Shown here: positions 49,985-63,503 of the stretch, in pieces
Layout of the letters: each line of letters opens with the position of its first letter
How positions within the stretch are numbered: the first letter of the stretch is position 1
Origin: Ureaplasma sp.
Lineage (GTDB): Bacteria; Bacillota_I; Bacilli_A; Mycoplasmatales; Mycoplasmoidaceae
DNA length: 64,000 nucleotides
Reading direction: 5' to 3'
NCBI GenBank assembly: GCA_050872725.1
Contig: JBNMHK010000001.1
Span: 44,850-108,849, forward strand
Notes under the pieces: generated by a model
Databases searched by the model: none
Told to the model about the DNA's origin: nothing
The model's input: only the letters and a program-made list of their open reading frames with translations
Program-made: the position numbers and the translations under genes

Positions 49985-50948
49985 GACTATAAAAACTATG
50001 ATTATTGTCACTCATTTGTGTATAAATGTAGTTAATTGCTAATGTTGCTTCACTTATACCACTAGCAATCATGTCAATTTTATTTGGATTGTAGCAACAA
50101 TTGCCAGCTGCAAAAAAATTAGGAACTGATGTTTCACAATGTTCATTAACAATAAATTTCAATTTGTGTTTATTAAAACTAGATCACTGGTGAATTGGTG
50201 AACCTAAACTTTTTAAACCAAATTGTACTAAACCATAATCATAAGGAAATGACATCATCTTTTCCTTATTTTTAATTGTGTAAAAATCATTATCAATGGC
50301 TACCAATTCACTTTCTAAGTGCAAATTCACACCACTTTCAATTAATTCGTTTTCATCATGAATAATTGCTCGTAGTTTTTCGCCCCGATGAACTAAGTTT
50401 ACTTTTGATGTAGGAAACTTAGTTTTAATTTGATGTGCATACTCTACAGCTGAATCACCGCCACCAAATATAACTACCTGTTTATTCGTTGCATCATAAT
50501 TATTATCATGGTGATAAAAAACATTATCTATAGTTATATCCTTGGTGATGCTATCATCCAATTTGATTGGTTCAAATGCACCTGGTCCTACTGTGAATAA
50601 AACATATTTAGTAAAATACTTTCCCCCATTACCATCAGTTAAAGTAATTAAGTTGTCATTGACTTGATAACTTTCAATTTGAATGTTGGTTAAAATTTTA
50701 GTATTATCAAATTGAGTTGCTTGATTATAAAGATTATGAATTAAGTCACTAGCTTTTATTTCAACATAGCCAGGGAAATCAATGATAGTTTTAAATGGAT
50801 AAAGTTTCATTGCTTGACCACCTAAATTATGATCTCTCTCTAAACATAAAGTATCCATTTTAAAATATCCAGCTAAGAATGTTGCATATAATCCAATTGG
50901 TCCAGCACCAATGATGATTAAATCATGAACTTGTTTTTCTGTTTTCAT
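49971..50948 (-). CDS. TrxB-family FAD oxidoreductase, ferredoxin-NADP reductase (YumC-like)
   Basis: IIGAGPIGL, GGQ..LYP.K.I.DFPG, GGGDSA; no CxxC as in true TrxB. Confidence 0.8.
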
Positions 50949-51034
50949 TATTTTCTTATTTAATAAATCATATAATTAATCTTAAGCATATCAAAAAAAC
51001 ATTATTTTTATTAGATGGGAATTTTAAGAACAAC

Positions 51035-51580
51035 ATGACGTCAAATGAAAATAAAAAAAGTGTGATTATGATTAAACCAAAAGATGCTACTAATATGGGT
51101 ATCATTAAAAATTCTACTAAGAATGTAGTTATTAATGATGCATTGGTAGATGTCTTTTGACCAGATAGAAGTGAGATTAAATGCTTCTTAACAACCAATG
51201 CACTAAAAAGAGATTTAGTTTTAAAAACATTGTCTGATCCAATTGCTAAAAAATACTATAAACTAGACAGTAATAAGAATGCTAATTTTCGTCGGATTAT
51301 TAGCTTGGATGTTTTAGATGAATATAAAACATCAACTAAACAGATAAAAACAACAAAAATTTCAAGTTCTGTAGTAACTGAAAATAAGGTTGATGACAAT
51401 CTTTTTGACATGAATCCTATTCGTAAAATGAGTATTGATTATAAAGTTCTTGGTGATAAATTTCTAAAATTATTTGAAAACACATTACCTAAAGAATTAC
51501 CAAATATTTTCAAAGATATTAATAATAAATTGGTTAGTCTAGACAACCAAGAGTTAGTAGAAGTACTTTATAAAAAATAG
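51035..51580 (+). CDS. Hypothetical protein, 181 aa
   Basis: ATG 51035 in frame with track ORF 51230 via TGA. Confidence 0.65.
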
Positions 51581-51603
51581 ATTAAAAATAAGGAATAATT
51601 AAG

Positions 51604-53424
51604 ATGGTAAACAAACATTCAAAAAATAAATTAAATTTTGAATTGACTAAAAAGGGCAAAAATGCAGTTTTAGTTAAAAATAATAATGGTAGTTCAGATA
51701 ACTTTATTTCACAATCATTTATAAATTTGAAGGATTTTTATAATAAACCATTAACATTAGGTGAATGAGTTGATAATTTAAAAACACTAAAAATTAGTGA
51801 TGGTACATGGGATGAAGATTTTTTGTTAGTCAATATCTCTAATAATGATGAACAAATTGATGATGCTTTTAAAATTAAGCATAATTTCAAAAGACAAAAT
51901 AAAGATGATTATGATTCACAAGCAAGTAGATATCTTAAAAAGTATGAAAAAAGACTAGAGAAAGAACTTGATGATTATTTAGAGCTAGTTGATGATGTAA
52001 TCTATAATATTGAGGTTGATTGAAATGATGCTCACAACTTTGAACACAAATTAAACTTATATAATGCAACATTAGAAAAAGTAGAAAATACAGATCCATC
52101 TAAGGCTATTCTTATTGAAAAACCACAAAGTAGTGGCATTGATGATGTTAAAAACACAAAAGAAATGGTTTGGAATTCACAAATAATTCAAGCTTCAAAA
52201 GAAAACCATGGTGAAAAATTTGATGCTAAAAGTTACACAAAGTATTTAAAGAGTATTTCTTATAACAGTGTCACAAAAGTATTAAACAAGATTATTGATG
52301 AAGGTTTTAGTGTCAAAAGCATTACAAATGCATTGAAAAACCTTTGAGATACAATTTCCACAAAAAAAGTGTCTTCACTTAAAAAACCATTATATGAATT
52401 GTTGAACAGTTTACAAAAAGATTCAGATAATGCTCAAAAGATTGTAAAAAGTCTCAACAAGGATTGAAGTGAATTCAAAAAAGTTTCTGATATAGAACTA
52501 TTAAATAATATTATTCAACACATCGATGTAGATGCGATGTTAAGTGAACTAGAAGATGAAATCAATGATTATCGGATTCTTTTTGACATTATTTTAAGAA
52601 GATATGCAATTGCCCAACATATTGCAAAGGATTTATTTATCAAAGAAGTAAAAGCAGCTGCAAATTTTGATGATCGGTTTAATGGAACTAGAAAAAGAAA
52701 TTTATTAGCCAATGATGTTATTTTTGATAAAGATGATATCACTAAAGTTAAGGATAGTGATAAATTGGCAGATTATCAGTATGTTGAAAAGTTTAGAAAA
52801 TCACTTTATGATTCAATTGTAAACACTAACAAGATTAAGGTCGTTGCACAAAAAGAAAATGCAATTGATGAGAAGCTATTAAATAATTATTTCCAAAAGA
52901 TCAATGTTGAAGCAGGAATTTTGTATGATCTTAATGAACTTTTGGAGTTACTAGAAGTTCAATATGAAAAAGACAAGAAAAAATTTGTTGGTAATAAAAA
53001 AGACCCTAAATTAGATAGTGCTATTTTGTATGGTTACCAACAAGGTTTATTGATTAAAAAATTAAGTGCATTTAATATGATTTATAAAAATGCTATTTTT
53101 CATTTAAAAAACTTGTTGCACTTGCAAAATGATCTTGAAATAATCTTAATGAACACACACCAAAATTGATTAGTTTATTTTGATAAATGAATAGAATTTA
53201 AAAAGGCTCATATTAATAAAAATAGTCAAGAATTTAAAGGATTAAAAAATACTACACTTGAAATTACCTTGCCTAGTGATGATGGTGAAGAAAAAACAAT
53301 CAAGGAAAAATCTTCATCAACAAAAAATTTAAAGGTTTTAAAAAATAAGTTTAGTAAAGCAGGGGTTAAAATCGAGGAGATTGTTAATATAACTAAAAAT
53401 GAATTAGAAAATGAACAAAGTTAA
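51604..53424 (+). CDS. Hypothetical acidic, helical protein, 606 aa
   Basis: AAGGA RBS; three track ORFs share one frame; TAA 53422-53424. Confidence 0.75.
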
Positions 53425-54274
53425 AGTTATTGCAACCGACTTAGATGGAACCTTATTGCATAATCGTTCTACAATTAGTAGAAAAAATTTAATTGCACTA
53501 AAACGTTTTATTGGTGATGGTGGAATTGTTTGTTTTGTTACCGGAAGATGTTTTGTATCAGCAAAGAGTTATGCTGACAAGTTTTATAGCAAAACAGGAT
53601 ACAAAATTCACTTTTTATCTTGCTTAAAAGGGGCAGTTCTATATGACAATATAGAGAATAAATTTATTTATCAAAGAATAATGAATGCAAATATCACATC
53701 AGAAATTTTAGCAGTTAGTAAACAAACTAATTGCTCTTTTGCTGTTTATTTAGAAAAAGATATCTATAACAAAAATATGTGAATTTATGGCAATGATAAA
53801 ATTGTTTGGTTATTAAATAAAAGTAGAATTTTTCCTGATTGCTTAATTATTAAGAATTGAGATGCAAATGAAGCTTCTTACAAAATTAATATTAGTGGTT
53901 TTAAATTTAATTTAAGAATTTTGAAACAATTAAAATCTTTACAAAATTGCTATCAACAAATAAAAAATAAACTTGGTGATGAAATTGATATTGCAAAAAC
54001 ATCAAAATACATGTATGAAATTACAAGTAAAAATTCTGATAAAGGGATTGCAATTAAAACAATTAGTGAATTATTAAAAATTGATCTTAATGAATTTGCT
54101 GCTTTTGGTGACTCTGCAAATGACATAGAAATGATGAAATTAGTAGGGCTACCAATTGCAATTGGAAATAAAAATTGCAATTTAAATAAAATTGTTAAAC
54201 ACAATGTTCAAGGACTGCAAAAAAATGCTGTGGGTAAGGCTATAAATAAATATATTTATTTAGGTGAAAAATAA
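53411..54274 (+). CDS. Cof-type HAD hydrolase
   Basis: ATDLDGTLL, VTGR, DKG, AFGDSAND. Confidence 0.92.
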
Positions 54275-54332
54275 TTTATAATTTATGAAATATTGATTTT
54301 TGTTATTTTATTTAATTTAGGTAGTAACAAGA

Positions 54333-55934
54333 ATGAGAAAATTGATCCTAGAATTATTAAATATTAATAAAGTATATGAAGATGGTTTTGTTGCTGTCAA
54401 AGATTTTAATTTAAAAATTAATAAAGGGGAATTTGTCACATTATTAGGTCCTAGTGGTTGTGGTAAAACAACTATTTTGAAAATTATTGGTGGATTTAGT
54501 TATCCTACCAAAGGCAAAATTCTTTACAATGGAATTGATATTAAAGACATGGATATTACCCAACGTCCAACATCAACCGTGTTTCAGGATTATGCACTAT
54601 TTCCTAATATGACAGTTAGGCAAAACATAGAATATGGTTTAAAACTAGTGCGAACACCTTTAGTTGGTGTGGATAAAGATATATCTAGACAAGCAAATAA
54701 AATTTATAGTGCTAGTGAAAAAATAGCACAAAGAAAAATTCTAGAGATTGAAAAAACTAAAAAAAATATCAAAAAAGAAATTGATAAATTAAGTAAGAAA
54801 TATCAAAAGAACCCATACTTAGCTGAAATTATGGAAATGAGAAAACCAGAATTTCTAGCGACTTTAGATTCTTTATATCAAAAATTAGATGAACAATATG
54901 GTGAAGATTATGTTTCTAAAGTAAGATTTAGAGATAAATTTTTTACATTCTTAAATAATTTATTGAATGAATTGAGAATTAATTATCAATTTAAAGTTTC
55001 AATTTCTAAAATGAACGAAATTGAAAAGCAAATTCACAATTTAAAAAAATGGTATCATTACAAAAAACCAATTGACAATAAGTTTGTTGCTCTTAACGAA
55101 AGATATGATGATTTAGATTATGATATTTCTTATTGACAGAATTATCCTGATTTAAAAAAGGAAGCTTTTGAAAATAAAAATTTAACAAGAAAGCTTAATA
55201 AACAAGAAATTGATGAACGTGCTACCAAAGTAATTGAACTAGTAGGATTAGTTGGAAAAGAGAATAATTATCCAAGTGATTTATCAGGTGGAATGCAGCA
55301 AAGAGTTGCATTGGCACGTTCAATTGTTATTGAACCTCAAATATTATTGCTAGATGAACCGCTTGGTGCATTAGATGCAAAAGTAAGAAAACAATTACAA
55401 AATGAAATTAAACGTCTTCACCATGATTTAGGATTAACATTTATTCTAGTTACTCATGATCAAGAAGAAGCACTAATGTTGTCCAACAAAATTGTGGTAA
55501 TGTCTGAAGGTAAAATTGAGCAAATTGGAACACCAAACGAAATTTATGACACACCAAAAAATTTATGGGTTGCTAATTTCGTTGGTCGAGCTAATATTTT
55601 TAAAACTATTGCTTTGTCAAGTAAACAAATTACATTAGCTAGTAAAACAATTAATTTACCAATTAACAATAATTATCATTTACATAAAAATGAATCAATA
55701 AATGTTGTTATTAGACCAGAAGATCTACAAATTGTGGAGAACAAAACTGGTTTTATCGATGATGTAAAAATTGTTGATGTAACCTACAAAGGTTTAATGT
55801 ATGATATCAAATGTTTATGGAATGAACATACTATCAATGTTGAAAGTATTAATCAATATGAAATTGATAAAGTTGTTGCTCTAAATTTTGATGTCAATGA
55901 TATCCATATCATTAAGGATAGTGATAATGAGTAA
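54333..55934 (+). CDS. potA: Spermidine/putrescine ABC ATPase
   Basis: GPSGCGKT, LSGGMQQR, LLLDEPL; long internal insertion. Confidence 0.92.
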
Positions 55935-56832
55935 AAAAAATATAAAGAAAAAGCAAAAATTTTTAAAAGTTGAAACTAGGCAAGCTAATAACTTTGTTAA
56001 TAAGCTAACAATTAATAAACGGTTGTCATTGATTATTCCCTTTATTTTAATTACAATTCTTTTAGTTGTTGCACCATTAATTGTCATTATCATCAACATC
56101 TTTAATCCCTCTAGCGGTAGTGTGCAAGATAATTGAGGAATTATGACAGGTACAATTTGAAATAAAATTGGTAAATCAATTTGGGTTTCATTAGTTAGTA
56201 CAATAATTATTTTAGTTATTTCATTTCCGTTTGCTTATGGATTAGCACAATCAAAAAATAAAGTGTTTCAAACTTTAACAATTCTAATTGTCACTGCACC
56301 AATTTGAATTAATATCCTTATCAAATTAATAGGATTAAAAAGTTTATTTGACATTATGAATCATGAACTTAATAGTACTTATGGTGACATTTTTACTATT
56401 ATTGGATTAGTATATTTGTTCACTCCTTTGATGATTTTACCAATTTATTCTGCATTACAAACATTGCCAAAAAATTTAATCAATGCTTCAAAGGATCTAG
56501 GTAGAAACAATGTTTATACATTCTTTATGGTGACAATTCCTTGGTGCAAGACTGCAATCATTAGCGGAATAACATTGGTATTATTGCCATGCTTCACAAC
56601 TGTAACTGTAACTGCTTTCTTAAATAATAGTAATGATGGAAGTATGATTGGTGGAGTGATCATGGGCCAAGGCGAATCAGGGTTAAGTAGTCCAATTGCT
56701 TTAGCCAGAACATCAGTATTAGTTTTAATTGTTAGTGGATTTACATTGTTGTTGTACATGTCAATTGCTTATTTACCAAAAATAGTATTATTCATTAGAA
56801 GAAAGTGAGAACAAAGACACTATGAAAAATAG
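55927..56832 (+). CDS. potB: Spermidine/putrescine permease
   Basis: PLMILPIY...LINASKDLG EAA-like loop. Confidence 0.88.
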
Positions 56833-57688
56833 ATTTTTACACTTTCTTAAAAATAGTTATATTTTCATCATTGTGGCTGCAACTTATATTCCTTTGATTA
56901 TTGTTATTATTTTATCTTTTACAGCACCAAGTGACAAGGGGAATTTGAATCTTGGTTTCAATTTTAACAATGGAGAAAATTGATTAACATTATTTAAAAA
57001 TAATGAATTTACTAATGCATTAGTAAATACTATTATTATTGTTGTTATTACTGTACCAATATCAACAATTATTGCTACAATCACATGTTTTGGAATTTGA
57101 AATTCTAAGCAGTTTTATGTTAATACTGTCATGACCACTTCAAAAGCAAACATGTTAATTCCTGATGTGATTACAGGAATAGGATTGGCAATTTTATTCT
57201 CTATTACAATTATTCCACTAGGTATTAATTTAGGATTTGCAACAATTGTATTAGCACACATTTCTTTTTGCACTCCATATGCAATTATTATTATTTATCC
57301 TAGAATGCAAAAAATGAATAAAAACCTGATCTTAGCATCAATGGATTTAGGTTATTCGCAGATTGTAACTTTTTTTAAAGTAACAATACCATTTTTACTT
57401 CCGGCAATTTTAAGTGCAGCAGCAATTGTTTTCTCTATGAGTTTTGATGATTTTATCATTACTAAATTAGTAGGTGGTAAAGTTAACACAATTTCTACAG
57501 AAATTTATAGTATGGCTAAAGGTATCAAGATGTGGGCTGTAACATTTGGGGCAATTATTGTTATTATTGGTATCATCATCACAATTATTATTGGTATTAA
57601 AAAATATATCGAAGAAAGAAATAAATGTAAAGCAATTAGTCTTAAGAAATTTGGTGGTCGAATTAAGAAAAAATTAAAAAGGGTATAG
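56822..57688 (+). CDS. potC: Spermidine/putrescine permease
   Basis: PDVITGI, LAHISFCTPY, ASMDLG, SFDDF. Confidence 0.9.
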
Positions 57689-57691
57689 AAA

Positions 57692-59089
57692 ATGAGAAGT
57701 TGAATTAAAAAGACATTGTTAGGAGTAGGTTCAACTATTGTTGGTTTAGGAATCATTGTTTTACCATTTTTAATTTTTATCCAACCAAGTAATGAATTTG
57801 TTTTTGGTAACTTTCAGTCTTATATGTCTGATAATGTCAAAGATGATCTTAGTAGCAAATATAAAATTAATTGACAATATTATAGTAGCAATGCTGAAAT
57901 ACCTACTTATATTCAAAATAAAACTTTGGATTTAGCAATTGCAACTAACAATATGATAGCCCAGCTTGCTATGAGTAATCAATTATTACCAATCCCATGA
58001 GATGAATTTAATTTGATTAAAAGTGATGGAAATAAAATCAACAATTATAAGGATTTAGAGGGATTTGTTTCTGATGCAACATGATGATTGTCTAAAACAA
58101 TTGGTGGAGCTATTAAATTACCAGATGTAAATGGTGAACCATGTGATAATTTATTAGCATATTGTGTACCATATTTTATGCAAGATTTTGCATTTTGTTA
58201 CCGGGGCGAAAAAATAGATGAACTAAGTAATGAATCAATAAGCTTTAAAGAGATCTTTGACTACATTAGTAATGATTCAAAATTTAATTCTAAAAATTCT
58301 AATGTGATGATGATAGATGATTCACGCTCTGTTTATAATGTTGCTAAATTTGTTGGCAATGATAGTGATATCAATCCTAGTTCTGGTGTCTTATTTCCTG
58401 GGACAAGTTTAAATTCTACTAATGCACTATCAATTAAACATTTTGATGAAACATATGACAACATTGCTAAATACTACACCAATAAAAAGAAAAATATTCT
58501 TACATTTAACAGTGATTCATCAATTGTATTAAATAAAATTGCCCTTAATCAAACAAAAGGTGCATTCATGTACAATGGTGATGCAATTTATGCTGCAATG
58601 GGTGGTGATAATGAAAACAATCAAACAGGTTTACCTCAATTTGGTGATAATCAAGATTTTTATAGCATTGTACCAAATGTCAATTTTTATGCACTAGATG
58701 GTGTTGTTATAAACAAAAGTATTGATCAAAAAAAGAAAAAATTTGCAGTTGAAATTATTAAATCACTTTGTCTATCTGGCTTACAGCAAGGTGAGGTAGT
58801 TTCAGATAGAAATATAAATGGTGATTACAAATATTTAAGTGTACAAAATTTTAATTTTGTAAACTACACACCTTGCTATAAGTCACTATATGAATATGCT
58901 ATTGATCCAAGTGAGAATGGCTATTTTAGTCAAAATGATATTGAAAATTATGAGCAAAAACAATTGCTAATTGATTTAATAAAAATTAATTCAGAGTCAA
59001 TTAATCAAGAAAATATAGAGCTACCAGTTACAGAGTTGACAAAATCCAATATTAATCTAGCATACCTTGATTTCAAAAATAAAATCTAA
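57692..59089 (+). CDS. potD: Spermidine/putrescine-binding protein
   Basis: GNFQSYMS, YCVPYFMQD, DDSR, MYNGDA, NFNFVNYTP; follows potABC. Confidence 0.8.
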
Positions 59090-59483
59090 AATTGCTCTGT
59101 TTCCTGGTAGTTTTGATCCCTTTCATGATGGTCATTATGCGATATTAATGAAAGCCCAACAAATTTTTGATGAGGTTATTATTTTTGTTGGTATCAATCC
59201 AAATAAAAAAAGTAATAGTTTAGAAGAAAGAGTCAAGCAAGTTGAACACTATCTTAAAAATAAAGGTTTAAGTAATAAAGTTATTTATGGTCATCAATAC
59301 ACTGTTGATGTAGCACATCAAAATCATTGTAATTTTTTGATTCGTGGCCTAAGAAATAATGATGACTTTAAATATGAAATTGATTTGTATCAACAAAATA
59401 AATTCCTCAATCCAAAAATAGAAACTATCTATTTTATCGCTGATGAGGAATTTATCAATCTACATAGTAGTAACAAAAAATAA
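59067..59483 (+). CDS. coaD: Phosphopantetheine adenylyltransferase
   Basis: FPGSFDPFHDGH, LIRGLRN..DFKYE. Confidence 0.93.
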   Translation: MISKIKSKIALFPGSFDPFHDGHYAILMKAQQIFDEVIIFVGINPNKKSNSLEERVKQVEHYLKNKGLSNKVIYGHQYTVDVAHQNHCNFLIRGLRNNDDFKYEIDLYQQNKFLNPKIETIYFIADEEFINLHSSNKK

Positions 59484-59484
59484 A

Positions 59485-59796
59485 TTATTTCAAACTATTA
59501 ATTTTAGTTTTTAAAGCATCTGCATCCATAAATCCAACTGATCTAGTTAATTCTTTGCCAGCTTTTGTGTAAACAATTGTGGGTACAGATTGAATACCAT
59601 ACATTGATGCAATTTCATTAAATTTATCAATGTCAACTTTTACAAAATTAACATCTGTTTTCATTTCATCTGCAACACTACTAAAAACTGGTCCTAGCAT
59701 TTTGCATGGTCCACATCATGTTGCAAAAAAATCAATTGCAGTTATTTTGTCTTCATTAATTAATGATTGAAATTGTTCTAAGCTTTGAATTTCCAT
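59485..59796 (-). CDS. trxA: Thioredoxin
   Basis: DFFATWCGPCK with W encoded by TGA; SVPT. Confidence 0.96.
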
Positions 59797-59837
59797 AGCT
59801 TATCCTTTCTTACTACTATCAATATAGCATATTAATT

Positions 59838-61853
59838 TTATTTTTCTTTTTTAATATATTTACAATTTGGATAACTACTACAACCAATAAACATTTGTTG
59901 TTTTTTATTAAATCTTTTTATTAATTTACCACCACATTCTGGACATTCTTCTCCAGTGTAATTGTTAGAGTTATCAAATTCTGCATATTTACACTTTGGA
60001 AATCCACTACAAGCAATAAATTTACTTCCAAATCGACTTTCTTTTACGACCAATGGTGAATTACATTTAGGACAATTACGCCCAACATAATCAACATCAT
60101 TTTTCTTTTTTTCGGCATTGGTTTTGAAAACAATTTTAATTTTATTTTCAAATTCTGGGGCAAATTTTTCTAAATATGAAATTCACTTTTCATCACCATT
60201 TGCAATTTTATCTAACTCTTGTTCCATATTAGCTGTAAACTTTGAATCTACCACTTCTGGAAAATCCTTCATTAATTCTTCAATAACCCTCATTCCCATT
60301 TCAGTGGGAATAAGTTTTTGACCTTCTTTGGTTACATATCCACGAGTTTCAGAAATTTTCGCCATTGCAGCATATGTTGATGGCCGACCAACACCAGATT
60401 CTTTTAATGCAGCAATTAATGTAGCCTCAGTAAAATATGCTGGTGGTTGTTTATCAAACTCATTTAATTTAGCATCACCTTTGTATAGATTATTTTCTAC
60501 TAAATTAGGCAATTTATCATTAAATGAGTTAACTACCTTGTTATAAAAATTTAAAATTAAATAACCTTTAAATTTAATTTCTTTGTGTGCAGTATAGAAT
60601 TCATGACCTTGATTATCAAAAATCATACCTTTAGTTGAGTAAATTGGACTATTCATCAATACACACATTGTGCGAGATCAAATCAAATTATATAACTTAT
60701 ACGCTGATTCATCAATAAATGGTTTAACATCTTCTGGTGTTAATGAAACATCTACTGGCCTAATGGCCTCATGTGCATCTTGAATATTTTCATCTTTTTT
60801 CTTGGTTTTTTTTCTACCTGGTTGATAGTTAAAATTAACATATTCCTGACCATATCTTTGATTTAAGTAATTTTGTGCTTCATGAATGAAATCTTCATTA
60901 ATTCTTTCACTATCAGTTCTCGGATAAGTTATTAAACCTAAATGTTTACCATTGAGTTCAATGCCTTCAAATAGTTTTTGGGCAACTAATGTTGTTTTAC
61001 TAGCACTTCATCCTAATGATGTTCCTGAAATTTGCAACATCTTATCAGTTGTCAAAGGAACATATTTATCACCTTTTGTCTCCTTATCAGGTAAATACTT
61101 AACAAACTTAAATTCATTGGTTAATTTTTCAATTACACTTTGTGCATCAGATAACTCAGCAAATTTAAAATTGTATTTATTTGAACTAGAGTCATTATAT
61201 GGTTTAAAGTTTTGATTGTTAGCAGTATAAGTTAAAACTAATCCATTTTGTAATTCGGCACTAATTTCATACCATTTTGATGAGACAAAATTACGTCTCT
61301 CCAATTCTCTACTTACAATAAACATCAATGCAACAGATTGAACACGACCTGCAGATTTACCATGTACTGTACGACGAACTAAATCTGATAGCTTATATCC
61401 TACTAATCGATCAATGATTCGGCGGGTAAATTGTGAATAAACTAAACTCATGTCTAAGTCATGTTTATTTTCAATGGCAGATATAATAGCTTTTTTTGAA
61501 ATTTCATTAAAGGTAATTCTTTGACATTTAGATTTGTCAGTTTCTTTTAACAAATCATAAATATGCCATGAAATAGCTTCACCTTCACGATCAGGGTCAG
61601 TTGCAAGATAAACGACATCTGCATTTTGTGCAGATTTAATAATTTGTTGAATAATTTTTGTTTTAGATGTCTTTATATTAGCATCCTTAATAACTACTCA
61701 ATTCGGTTGATAAGTAACCTTATCATAACCCGCTTTAGGATCCATTTCTCTTAAGTGACCATAACTAGCAATAACATCATAATTATTACCTAAATATGAT
61801 TTAATTGTTTGAATTTTATTTGGTGATTCAACAATAATAAGATTTTTACTCAT
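59838..61853 (-). CDS. topA: DNA topoisomerase I
   Basis: IIVESPNK, ATDPDREGE, SAGRVQS, ITYPRTDS, AHEAIRP, GVGRPSTY, C-terminal Zn ribbons. Confidence 0.97.
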
Positions 61854-61926
61854 ATGATATATACTGTTTTTATTTCTTTTATAAATAATAAGGTATTTTT
61901 TCAAAAACTCATAGATTTTTTACTAT

Positions 61927-62616
61927 TTAAATAATGTCTTGAATGTTTTGAATACAAAACATTTCAGTGTTTGTTAAATTTAAATTGTCAATAGCTAATT
62001 TTTGGGATTCTTTACAATAAATTGGTTTTTTAACTTGTTGAAGATTAAACAATAAATTATTTGTTTCAATCTTATCCACTTTACTTACATAAATTTTGTT
62101 TGACATTGCAAACATTAATCTTTGCACAGTTTGATCATCACAAGGATCATAATTTTGTGGATCATTATATTCACTAATTAATAAAAGATTTTTATAATCT
62201 TTGTAGTATTTAAAGGAACTAATTCCTCCTTCACAAACTACAATAACTTCACGGTTTTTTTTCATTACTAAATCAAAAATTTCTTTTTTTAATTCATGAT
62301 TATCTAAACAAAGAACATATTTATTAGAATTTTGTTCTTCCACAAGTTTCTCGAATTCATCAAAAGAGATATCACCATTAATTGATAAAACATCTTTATT
62401 AATTAAATCTGCTCTTCCTTCATAATACATGAAAAATGGTGGAGCTAAAATTTCTTTTAGCTTGTCAGGATAATCATTTTCAGTAATAAAGAAAAATTTT
62501 TCTTTATTACGATCAACTGTAAGAATTTCTATTTTTTCTCGACTAGTAATAGCATGGTAAATCTTGTTTCAATTCCCATGATACTTTTTTGATAAATGTA
62601 AAATTGCTTCAATCAT
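61927..62616 (-). CDS. DprA/Smf-like protein, strongly diverged
   Basis: KYHGNWNKIYHAI, DYPDKLKEILAPPFFMYYEG, LLISEY; upstream of topA. Confidence 0.65.
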
Positions 62617-62666
62617 TTAATTATTTTCCTTTCTAAAAATAACTAACTGAATGATACTATTTTTTA

Positions 62667-63503
62667 CTAGTCAAAATGTGTTTTGCAAATTTTGCATTGA
62701 CTAAAATCATTAAAAACTTGCGTTTCAAATCGATTTATATCTAATTGATTATTACTTAAGTATCACTTATTTTTGTTACAAACTTGTAACATAAAATCAT
62801 GATAATCACTAACACTACTTAAACCATAATATTTTAATAATTCTTGATAGTGATTTTTTTGAAAGTGATTGAAACCAAATTCTAGTACTGGCTCAAGTGT
62901 AAGAATTTCTTTTCTTATACAATTTATTAATACTAATTTATAAGCAGTTGATATATCACTAATATTTTTTACTAAAATACCAGGTGTATCAATCAAACTC
63001 AATGTGTTATTGATTGTAACAGTGTGTTGATTTCTTGTTACACCAGGCATATTTTTAACTATTAAAGTATTTTTAGCTTTTAAAAAATTAATGAGACTAG
63101 ATTTACCAATGTTTGGTAACCCTAACACTAGAATACAAAATTTAGGGTTTATTAATCCTTTTTTGCGATAGTGATCAATTCTATTTTGCAACACTGAATT
63201 AATTTTATTGATAATTACATTTCGAAATTTATAATCTTTTATACTACCAACTATAATATCTTCAGGGTATGATTTTAAGTCACAATAATCAGATTTTAAA
63301 CCAATCTTTAAAATGGGTTTATTATTAATTACATTTAATAATTCTGAATTATCTGAAGATGACAATGCCCGAGCATCTAGAACTTCAATTATTAAATCAG
63401 CACACTTGCTAGTTTTAACTATTTCATCAGTTCCCTTCTTCATGTGCCCAGGAAACCAATTAATATTTAAACCTTCTTTGGTTTGTTGTTGATTATTTTT
63501 CAT
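62667..63503 (-). CDS. rbgA: Ribosome biogenesis GTPase RbgA/YlqF
   Basis: INWFPGHM, EVLDAR, GLPNIGKSS, PGVTR, DTPG. Confidence 0.95.

Noticed and set aside
54650-55200. Long coiled-coil insertion in PotA
   Set aside because: A known feature of mycoplasma PotA proteins, so not treated as novel.
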